Of a DNA stretch of 56,430 nt, positions 46,049 through 56,430 are shown piece after piece (the stretch's first letter is position 1; each line of letters opens with the position of its first letter). Origin of the DNA: Nemertoderma westbladi (taxonomy: Eukaryota > Animalia > Xenacoelomorpha); NCBI GenBank assembly GCA_032718475.1, contig JAUCBJ010000627.1, positions 1-56,430 of the forward strand, written 5' to 3'. A model generated the notes under the pieces. That model did no database searches and was not told the origin of the DNA. It saw only the letters and a program-made list of their open reading frames with translations. The position numbers were made by a program, and so were the translations under genes.

Positions 46049-46209
46049 GTAATGTATGTAATTGACTAAAAAGCGAGTCATGAAGTAAATGATCCTAACC
46101 TCACTCTATGAAGTTATTCATATGCGACCAAATAGTCTGGTCAATAGACCAAATACGTTCAACTGTGTAACCATCACATTTCCATTTTAGGCTATTTCGT
46201 TGTCCACAC

Positions 46210-46335
46210 TTGCCCTCCCTCGCCCTCCCTTGCCCTCCATCGCCCTCCCTCACCCTCCCTCGCCCTCCCTCGACCTCCCTCGCCCTACCTCGCCCTCCCT
46301 CGCCCTACCTCGCCCTCCCTCGCCCTGCCTCGCTA
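46210..46335. repeat. (CGCCCTCCCT)n 10-bp repeat
   Basis: ~12 imperfect units. Confidence 0.9.
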
Positions 46336-46364
46336 TATCCCTCGATATCATCACCCCATCATCA

Positions 46365-47283
46365 TTATGATGATCTAAGGACATGCGTAGAACATAGTCA
46401 ACCACAATTATGAACAAGAATGGTGCAAGTGTGTCTCCCTGGAGGACGCCCCATAACACTTCAAATGGTTCTGTGTCACCGTCAACAGTAGACACAAATG
46501 TTGTCAAACCATCGTATACTGATCTGATTGCTGCAATAATTTCATCAGGAATCCCATATAATGAGAGTATGCTGAACATACGTGAGCAAGGGACTGAATC
46601 GAAGGCCTTTAAGAAGTCAACAAATATAACAGCCAGATGCCTGTCTTTCTTTTTTGATAACTCTTCAATTATCCTTCAACTATCCCTCCTTTTCTGTGCC
46701 AAAATGGGCTCCATGGTCCCACGACCTTTACGGAACCCATTCTGATTTCCACGGAGCAGTCTCTCAATGGGATCCCTGATGCGATTTAATAAAATTATAT
46801 TGTATAGCTTTGCAGCAATCGAGATCAATGAGATTCCCCTAAAAGAACCATAGAGTGTTATTCCCTTCTTGGGAACTGACACCAAATTATTTGTTTTCAT
46901 TTCTTGTGGGACTCTTGTTGTTCGGTACATGTCTACTATGATGGGATAGATGAGCTTTAAACACTCAGGTATTTTAAAGACCTCAGGGGGAACACCATCT
47001 ACTCCACTGGCACGATTGGTCTTAATGCTCTTTGCAGCAGCCTTCACTTCTGCAAAGGATATATCACCAATGGGAATATCTGGGAGTACAGACTCAGACA
47101 CTTTTACTTCTATAAAGTTATCAGGCAATACCCCGTCATTATTGAGGAGCTTTTCAAAGTGGGCCTTCCAACCATTGAGGCGATCGGCTGGTGATTCAGC
47201 CTTAACCTTGGTGGTTGGATGGCTTTTCCGCCCAGTGAGCAGATTGATCGATTTCCATGCCTGGGATGAGTGCCTTGGTTCAA
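46365..47283 (-). pseudogene. RTE-type LINE reverse transcriptase fragment (second family)
   Basis: RASGVDGVPPEV, PKKG, FRGISL, QNGFR, FVDFLKAFDSV, GVLQGDTLAPFLF; frameshifted and truncated. Confidence 0.88.
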
Positions 47284-47411
47284 CTTAAAAAGTAATACTA
47301 ATATTATATATAATATAATATAATATTATTATATAAACAACTTAAAAAGTAATACTAATATTATATATAATATAATATAATATTATTATATAAACATATT
47401 TAATATAATAC

Positions 47412-49690
47412 CCTAATGGAACCAAAGCACAACTGGATTACATCCTTATAAACAAAAAGTGGAGAAATAGCATGATCAACTGCGAGGCATACAGCTCGTT
47501 CAACCTAATTGGTTCGGACCACAGAATTGTGACTGCAGAGATCAGACTCAGTTTGAGAGCCAGCAAACCCAGGACAAGCAAGCAAATCAACTATGACTGG
47601 GAGAAACTCAGAACTGACAATGCTGTAAAGGATGCTTATACAGTAGAAGTTCAAAACCGCTTTGAAGCACTTCAGTCAATGGATGAAGACCAATCCACCG
47701 ATTCAATATACCAGAATATAATAACAGCCCACAAGGAATCAGCTAAGAGGCATATCCCCCAGAAACCTAAACGAAAACAGTATGTGCCATGGCAAAACTC
47801 TGAGGTTACTTGTAAGAGAGAAGATCTCAAGATAGCCTACAAAGTTAAAACCGAACAACCAACAACCGAAAACATCAACAAGGTTGAGAAAGCTAAGGAC
47901 GATCTTAAATTGGCCTACAACATCAGCCAGGAAAAGTACATACAGGATAAAACTGAAGCAATTACAACTGCTCACATACAGCAACAATCAAGACTTACCT
48001 GGCAAACTGTAAATGAGGTATCTGGTCGGAAAAGTTGTGCAAAGGGGCGCCTCAAAGCCGATAGTCCTGAAGAACGTGTTGGGAAGTGGAAAAATCACTT
48101 CAGCAACTTGCTTGGGCAGCCACCAAACATCGAGGTCAGCCCTACAAGGAAAATATATGACAAGACACTACCTATAGAAACAGGGGACTTCACACCTGCC
48201 GAACTCCAAAGAAGCATTAAAAGCATGCCCAATAATAAAGCGAGTGGATTAGATGAAATCCCAGCGGAGGTATGGAAAACCGGAGTGCTAAATAGACCAT
48301 TAATGAATGTTTGCAACCGGATGTTAAAAGGGGAAAAGCCACCACCAATTTGGACTAAAGGTCAACTAAAGCCTCTCCCCAAGAAAGGAGACCTCGGCAT
48401 ACCAACAAACTATCGTGGGATCTGTCAGCTTGTGGTAGCTGCCAAAATATACAATAAAATGATTCTATATAGGATTAGGCCTCATATAGAGAAACTACTG
48501 CGTAAGAGCCAAAACGGATTTCGACCAAGTAGATCAACAATAGCTCAGATACTTGCACTACGGAGACTGATTGAAGGAATTAAGTCAAAGAATCTCCCCG
48601 CAGTCATGACTTTTGTGGACTTCAAGAAGGCATTCGACTCCATCCATAGAGGTAAAATGCTTGAAATCCTAAGAGCTTATGGAATACCAGAAGTAATTGT
48701 TGCTGGCATTGGATTGTTATATTGTGACACAGAAGCGCAGGTACTCTCACCAGATGGTGAAACTGAGTTTTTCTCCATCCTGGCTGGTGTACTGCAAGGT
48801 GACACATTAGCACCATTACTATTTGTAATTGTGCTGGATTACGCAATGAGGACGGCCACAAAGGGTGAAGATCTGGGATTCACACTTCAAGAACGCAGAA
48901 GTAGTAGATATCCGGCAACTACAGTCACAGACACCGACTTTGCGGATGACATCGCCCTGCTCTCTAATACGCTAGCAGATGCACAGCTTCTACTAAATAA
49001 AGTGGAGAGGGCTGCTAAGGAGGTTGGATTGCATATAAATGCTACCAAGACCGAATTCATGACCTTTAATGTTGATGGAAACTTGACAACCATTGATAAT
49101 AATCAACTAAGGAAGGTCGATGACTTCCAGTACCTTGGATCATGGATAGAGAGTAGCAAAAAGGACATAGAAGTTAGGAAAGCAAAGGCTTGGGTAGCTC
49201 TATCAAAAATGGATACCATCTGGAAATCAGATCTCTCCAGGCACCTGAAGACTAAGTTCTTTCGAGCCACAGTGGAAAGTGTATTTTTATACGGGGGTGA
49301 GACCTGGACACTGACTAAATCACTTGAACAACGAATTGATGGTTGCTACACAAGACTACTAAGGGCAGCCCTAAACATCAGCTGGAGACAACACATGACA
49401 AACGCCGAGCTTTATGGTACAATACCACCTGTATCAACCACCCTCCGTGAACGCAGATTAAGATTCAGTGGGCACTGCTGGCGAAGTAAAGACGAGGTCA
49501 TACCAGATCTACTTCTCTGGCAACCAACCCATGGAAAGCGTAGTCGTGGACGACCTGCCATAACATATATAGATCAACTTGAAAGGGATACTGAACTTGG
49601 GAGAAACGAAATTGCGACAACTATGGAGAATCGGGAAGCCTGGAAGGATCTCATTTCCACTGTCCGAGTTCGCTCGACCTAGTAGTAGTA
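47412..49690 (+). mobile_element. 5'-truncated RTE LINE with uninterrupted ORF (end of APE domain plus RT; track ORF 47472-49682)
   Basis: QLDYILI...GSDH, NYRGI, QNGFR, DFKKAFDS, GVLQGDTLAP, FADD, YLGS, RSRGRP; (TAG)n tail. Confidence 0.95.
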
Positions 49691-50027
49691 ATATACTAAA
49701 TAATGAATATAATATAGACATATCTTTTACTATAAAATATATATATTATATAATAAGTATATTATATAGATATATATATATATATAATATTGAGTTGAAC
49801 GAATTATGTTTTTGACAGACCAATATCAAGCAAGTAAAATTAATTGGAAACAGAGAAACAACATGTTCCTATCTGTTCAACCGTAAGTAGTCATCATTTT
49901 ATTTAAGCAGGGACACAAAGCGCAACCCTGTTTAAATACTGCAAGTAAAATTATCACATTGGTTACATTTTTGCATATGTGTTTCGCCGGGATTTGGCTC
50001 ATCAGCTACACTAAGTGTAGCTGATGA

Positions 50028-50210
50028 GCCTTGTAATACTAAGCTACTGCTGTATAACTGGCCTTGTAATACTAAGCCACTGCTACTGCTGTATAACTGG
50101 CCTTGTAATACTAGACCACTGCTAGTGCTGTATAACTGGCCTTGTAATACTAAACCACTGCTAGTGCTGTATAACTGGCCTTGTAATACTAAACCACTGC
50201 TACTGCTGTA
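50028..50210. repeat. ~39-bp tandem repeat, ~4-5 copies
   Basis: GCCTTGTAATACTAAACCACTGCTAGTGCTGTATAACTG. Confidence 0.9.
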
Positions 50211-50211
50211 T

Positions 50212-50470
50212 TTGATTGATTTATCTTTTATTCACAATAAAATACTCAAGCAATTACAATTATCACATTGAGGCAGTCACAACCGAAGTAGCGGCTGATA
50301 GTTGGGTGTGAATTTTTTATTTTTTTTGGGTTGTAAAATATCTCCTTTATTTTTTTTTGGAAGACCGAAATTGATTTTGCTGTTCTTGTATCGATAGGTA
50401 AACTGTTCCAAATTTTCATTGCTGATAATGTCAAACTTTCATATCTGTACCTATTATATGCTCGTGGGTA
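50212..50470 (-). mobile_element. CR1/L2 LINE 3' end fragment
   Basis: NTR...SAMKIWNSLP..TRTAKSISVFQKKIK, then AATAAA and an (ATCA)n-like tail. Confidence 0.7.
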
Positions 50471-50632
50471 TTTTATATTTTTTGTTCTAGTGTTAATTTT
50501 TTGCAAAAAGATTTTGCAAAAACTCAGAGTGACATCACTACGCTTTTTCGAGCTATCAAATCCAAGAAGAGTGTGTTTAACAAGAGAATTAAAATAATTT
50601 AGTTCATTTAACATTTATTAACCTCATCGGTT

Positions 50633-50786
50633 AATGGAATCAAAGCACAACTGGATTACATCCTTATAAACAAAAAGTGGAGAAACAGCATGATCAACTG
50701 CGAGGCATACTGCTCGTTCAACCTAATTGGTTCGGACCACAGAATTGTGACTGCAGAGATCAGACTCAGTTTGAGAGCCAGCAAAC
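50633..50786 (+). mobile_element. Short duplicate of the RTE 5' junction segment (47415-47568)
   Basis: Nearly identical TAATGGAA.CAAAGCACAACTGG...GAGAGCCAGCAAAC. Confidence 0.9.
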
Positions 50787-51280
50787 AAGTTCCATTGCGT
50801 CTCGACAATAGACTTCAGTTCCTCCATCGTGTATCCCGCATAACTGTCCTTAGTCGATCGCTTACCTCTCACTATTTGATGTTCTTCCACAGCGATCAAT
50901 ACTCTAGTGAGTACGGCTCCAGGAAGAATTAGAAGTGGATCTGGATAAACCGCTTCTGCCATCTTTGCTCCAATCTCGGGTGTCAACTCTACAGTGTCTG
51001 AACTACTGGAGTTATCGGGCTGTTGAGAAATAAGTTCTCGGTTCGGGTGTGGCTGCTGTTTAACAGCTGCTTCTTGGTCCCGCTTGACTTGGGCCCTAGT
51101 GCCTATGATAGACCTATGGTGCCTTACTAACCTAGGGTCTGATACTACTACTGTAGGGATGACCTTTCTTACAGTAGGAGGGGACTTGGACTTCGGTCTC
51201 AGATGTTCTATACTTCTATGGGACACACAGACTGTTCTTTCTAGGAGACTATCTGACAGTGTTTGCTTTGTGTCAGCCAT
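50787..51280 (-). other. Truncated ORF of unknown origin (possibly retroelement gag/ORF1 N-terminus)
   Basis: Open ~165 codons from an ATG, ending at the RTE fragment; no motif recognised. Confidence 0.3.
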
Positions 51281-51517
51281 GTTTTATTTTACAGTTGAAT
51301 GCCTACTACTATAACGACAGTTAAAGCAAGTCTAGTAATTCAGTATCAACTGTAAGCCTAGTAATTAATGACAGATACCGTTACTCAGTGTAACGTGATA
51401 TATATAATATATTAAAATACCGGTATACTTATAGTATATATATAAGTATTATTACAGACTAGGATTAGTCACAGAATACCGGTATATAATTTCAGCCTAA
51501 ATTTATATAAAGAAATA

Positions 51518-52803
51518 CCAGAAAGCCTGTGGCCCTTCGGGCCACAGCTTTCTAGTGCACATGCAGAGGATATATGAATATGTGTGGAGAAATGTGTCGC
51601 AGATTGGAGAACTACAACAAAACAGACACCATCATAAAATAAAACACCACCCCATAGGAGATAACTGTCAAGTTTCAACTTTAGCTTCGGCTTATAGTAT
51701 ATAACCTAATTTCGAGAAAATGATCACTTTCGGACATTTTACCCTCTACCTGCAGACTGCGTGAAATGCAGATGGCGCTGCAGTTCTGTAAAGATGGAGT
51801 TTATGGTAAAGTGAAGTAATATGCCTGCTTGTCAGTTTTCAGCTTAAACAGATGTAAATAACAAAATTTCGAGAAAATGTTCACTTTGAGACATTACGCC
51901 CTCTAGCTGAAGACTGGGGAACTATAGACGACTCAGCGACTCCGGAAAGATTGAGCCTATGCTGTAGTAGATACCTACCAAGTTTCAGCTGAAAAGGATT
52001 AAAAACAACCAAATGAGATCAGGTTTCACTACCAGACAATTCGCCCTCTAGCGGTAGACGGGGATCTGTAGACGACTCTTAAGACTCCATAAAGTTATAG
52101 CCTATGCTGTAATAGATGCCTACCAAGTTTCAGTCTAAACGGATAGTAAATAACAAAGTTGGAGAAGATGTTCACTTTCAGACATTTCGCCCTCTAGCTG
52201 AAGACTGGGGAATTATAGACGACTCAGCGACTCCGTAAAGATTGAGCCTATGCTGTAGTAGATACCTACCAAGTTTCAGCTGAATAGAATTAAAAACAAC
52301 GAAATGAGATCAGGTTTTCACTATCAGACAATTCGCCCTCTAGCGGCAGACAGGTATACGACTCTAAGACTCCATAAAGATATAGCTGTAATATAGGCCT
52401 ACCAAGTACCAGTCTAAACGGATTGTAAATAACAAAGTTGGAGAAGGTGGTCACTTTCAGTGATTTCACCATGTAGCGGCAGATTGGAGAAATGCAGATT
52501 TATCTGCGTCTCTGTCAGTCTGTAAAAATGCAGTGTTGGCTAAATTAGACACCTGCAAAGTTTTATCTTAAATGGATTGTAAATAACAAAGTTAGAGAAG
52601 ATTTTCACTTAAGGCAATTCACCCTCTAGCGGCAGATGGCGGAACTTCAGACGGCTCTGAATATTACGTTGCAACGAGTTAGGGTGAGACCTTTCTAACG
52701 AGCTATAGCAAGCGAGATTTCATCGAGATGGGTTCGATTGTATAGCCGATGACAAACAGACACACAGACAATTGATTTTTATATACCGGTATATTAGATT
52801 AGA
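51518..52803 (-). mobile_element. Non-autonomous Helitron
   Basis: Minus strand starts A|TCTAATCTAATATA...TGTCTGTGTGTCTG and ends with hairpin GTGGCCC-GAA-GGGCCAC then CTGG|T; A|T target, no TSD. Confidence 0.8.
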
Positions 52804-53379
52804 TAAAATAATAATAATACAGTAAGAAGGCCTACAGAAATAATCACTTTACTACAGTAAAACAATAAAATAGCTAAACTGTTATAAACCTCTCCTTCCA
52901 TGCAGCCATTGATAGAGAAAGCAGAATTACTCTTGGACAGTTCGCACAGACAACCCACCCTAATCAACACTCCAGCCTGGCTTGCTCCTTATCTGTGCCC
53001 AGCTAGCTGCGTGTTCAATAATTACCTTAACGTTGCTATGATACAGAAAAAGTCCTTCCCTATTCACTAACAATAGGCCAATTCGATCGTGCTTGGTGAA
53101 TATGTCATATTTATACACTATTTGATTTTTAATCAATACATAATCCTACATATTTATATTAAACACTCGAATAAAATAAAAACTTTGTGAGAATGGGGCA
53201 TGGCGAATCTACCCATGTTAATTTTATACCAGATGGGATAAATTTTATTCTCCTAAATAGTTTATTACCGATTGAAGAACTGAAATAATTCGATAAATTT
53301 CACCCGAACGAACACAAAATACGCATTCACGCAAACAAACGTGTAAAATAAAACCCGGAGACAGTGACAGCTGTCTGCA

Positions 53380-53503
53380 TCATGTTAATACGCATCGAAT
53401 GAGCCACAAAGCAAGTAGTGAGAGCGAAATCTGACGACGTGTATCGATGGACATACATACATACAAATTTACATACAAACTGAGCAGATTTATATATATT
53501 AGA
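53380..53503 (-). mobile_element. Second Helitron-like 5' end
   Basis: A|TCTAATATATATAAATC...TGTATGTATGTCC; 3' end not located. Confidence 0.5.
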
Positions 53504-55191
53504 TAATAAGCCTACCGTAAATACCGGTATACACCTATAGTATATATAAGTATTATTATAGACTAGGATTAGTCACAGAATACCGGTATATAATTTCAGC
53601 CTAAATTTATAGAAATAAATATAATAGGCCTATCGTAAATACCTGTAATGTCAATTATTTTATAATAACTGGATTTCTGAATTTTAGGGTTACTTTCCTT
53701 TACTTTATTACTGTTATTAAGCAGTAGTCCAACTGATATTAAGACCTAATTGATGTATAACTGGCCTACTATTTTATAAATCTGTTTGAGTTGATTTATA
53801 ATATATATATACCCGTACAATGGGTTTTGACAATGTTTGAAATAAATGTTATTATTTCTGTGTAAGGAGTCACTACACAGAAGCTGAACGCTCTCAGTGG
53901 AGTGCTACTTGTTGGATACTAAAACGAATAATGCTACTTTACTAAGTTACTTATTACTACAAATTACTTACAATTACAGTCTGAGATTACAATCTCTAAA
54001 TAAACACCAAAAGTTACACATACAAATTTCAGGGTAATTTTACAAGAAATCTACAAACCAGTCTAACAAGGAGTTAGAATTTCTGGTTATTACAAACTGA
54101 CAGGAATCTACGGTATTTGAAAACAATAAAGCAGTAGTAAGTAAATTGCGTTGTCCAGATAAGAAAATACAAATAAGAATATAAGTTAGTAGGCATTCTA
54201 ACCAAGTAGTACAACTTATTCTTTTGGGGGGATTTACCTTACAACACTGGATGCCCCCACCTTCCTAACTAGTACTTTATCGGACATACACTCTACACAC
54301 ACTGCAATCGCTTCAGACCTAACAACAGTCAGACAACAATCCAGCCTACAAATTATTTATACAATTTGAGCGGGCTTACACGCCTTCTGCTCAATATTAC
54401 ACTTACAGATAAATAAAACTGACAGAAACAAGTAAAATCCCAATAAATAACCAGGGCGGCCGTCCCTGATTAAATATCAAGACCTACTGGTATATAATTA
54501 TCAAAATCGAATAATACTGCTGTACATGTAAGTACCGGTTCGGGTAGTTGGGCAGTTAGGCCTACAGCTTACCGTTTGACCGGTACCTTCGACTTTATTG
54601 CTTACGGTGCAATAAAGAAACTAAAATCTATTATTGTTCTTACCAGAACAATAGACAAAATATTTATTGCCTACTGTGCAATCAAGAGTTTAAAAACTAT
54701 TAATGTTCTTACCAGAACATTAGACAAAATATATTTTGTATGTAAAACTATTAATGTTCGCGCTTTTAGACTTTTAGCAGTTTAACCTGCCAATTTTAGT
54801 TGTCTTTTTGTTTATAAATCGACTTTAGCCTAGACCAATTATTTAATGTACTGAAGTTACACGTTCGTGGGGCCTTCGCGCAGCACGAGGCCCAGTTATG
54901 AGATACAAATTAAAATTGTGCGACTGTATCACAAAATCAGGTTATGAGAGATTAACCCACACCACCAATTAATCAAAGAAAGGGGGACAGTACGTGTTCA
55001 CCCCTTTTAATCTGCACCCCCCCCCCCCCTCCCCCACCCACCAATACATAACCGCGACATCTACCACCCACGGAAGGGTAGCACGAACTTATTTCCAAAC
55101 GCACGTTCAATATGCAAAGCCAGGTGGTTTATAGGAATATAATCAATGCAGTACTCGTCTTCATTATAAGCCTCTTTGCGTTCGACCTGTT

Positions 55192-55587
55192 TTATATTAA
55201 AATATATTTATTAAACGCAGCCTGACGCTCTTTATAATAATAATACCTAGGGATGCCAGCTTCCAGACTTTCAATCTTTACTGCCACGCAAACCCCGCAG
55301 AGGAAGTTTTGGTTTGAGAGATCAAGCCCATCGGCAATTGGTGTTTCAATTTCGGTCCAGGAACTCTGACAATGGGAGCATTCAATCTTAGCTGTGGTCC
55401 ATTCCCGTGGTTTCGGCTTCCTTTTCTTCGTCCCAATGACAGATTCTTCTGAAGACGTTCGATTCGCTTTCAGTTTATTGTTGGCGTTTGTGTTTTGAAG
55501 TTGTATTCGAGTGGACAGTCGCGCCGGTTTCGAGGTAACCATACCGACCTGTGATAAGCGTTGGTTTTGTTGAGTGCCGGTATTCAT
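55192..55587 (-). pseudogene. LINE ORF1-like fragment with partial PHD finger
   Basis: IECSHCQSSW...FLCGVC followed by coiled-coil-like VKIESLE. Confidence 0.5.
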
Positions 55588-56430
55588 CTTCTTTCACCTC
55601 TTCAATGTCAGATGTTGCAAATACTGATAACACGAATAACGGTATATATTTAAATACTTGTCAATAGTAATATATATAATTTAGATAACTATTTTATATC
55701 TGTACTGTTGAGCAAACTCTACATAAATTTCAACCTGTGTATCGCCGGTAGGGCTGTTGCTGTGCAAGTGCTAGTTGCCACCGGTCAGCCGGTACCGGTA
55801 GTAGGGTGGTACCATGGCCTACTACACACAGGCCATGACAAGGACTTTGCTGTGAAATTAGCGTAGGCTGACTTGATTGAATTATCAAATATTATATTTT
55901 CCATGAATGCAGGGTCCATATTTAAAAGAAGATGACTAGATTTTCGTAAAGAATTTAATTGAAACAGTATTTAATAATAAATAAATTAATTATCGCTCGA
56001 GTTCCTGCAGCTTTTATTCGTGGCAGGAATGTTTGAACGCTAATAAGTCGGTCAATCATGGATGAAATGGAACCAAACTTGGTACACTTGTAGTCTTTAA
56101 AAAATTTAGAAATTCTACACACAGACAGACTTCTACAGTTCCCCGGTCTGCCGCTAGGGGGCGAATTAACAGAAACGTAAAAATAGCTGTAATTATAGAA
56201 CCAACGATCAGATTCATCTGAAATTTAGTAGTAGTTACCTAAGAGCATTGCTTAATTAGAAATTCTACAGAGACTTTTACAGTTCCTGTCTGCCGCTAGT
56301 GGGGAATTGTTAGAGCTCCAGTTCAACGTGCTTAGCACGGTTTAATAAACAATCAATTAATTATTTTATTCAATACAGTAATTATAACAGTAAAATGCAA
56401 TGTATTCTATTTTTTAGTGAAATCAAGAGA

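Noticed and set aside
53861-54380. Solo LTR (TGTAAG...CTTACA)
   Set aside because: Flanks show no target-site duplication and there is no second copy; unsupported

Overview
Eukaryotic, repeat-rich animal genomic DNA (spliced gene, LINEs, SINEs, MITEs, minisatellites; probably an invertebrate). About 3.6-21.4 kb holds a nearly complete Polinton/Maverick (adintovirus-like) endogenous virus. Its plus-strand block encodes an unknown ORF, a RING protein, packaging ATPase, core-like proteins with protease sites, retroviral-type integrase, two tandem minor capsid proteins, major capsid protein, adenain protease and a DEDD-like exonuclease. It converges on a minus-strand block: PC4-like protein, zinc-finger-tipped protein-primed PolB, a divergent TATA-binding-protein homologue and an unknown ORF. 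The right terminus (5'-AGTAGTAG on the minus strand) is at 21392; I could not find the left terminus in the window. Integrase and PolB are each split by one frameshift. The most striking feature is the apparent virus-encoded TBP plus PC4 pair flanking the polymerase, together with a ~300-nt fold-back near the terminus. The rest contains nested non-autonomous DNA transposons (four with CAGT...ACTG ends and 5-bp TSDs), a pogo relic, Helitron-like repeats with CTCF-like motifs, an intronless NUS1/NgBR gene, a 2.8-kb 22-bp minisatellite, four exons of a DNase I gene and RTE/CR1 LINE copies. All calls come from reading motifs by eye; no database searches were run.
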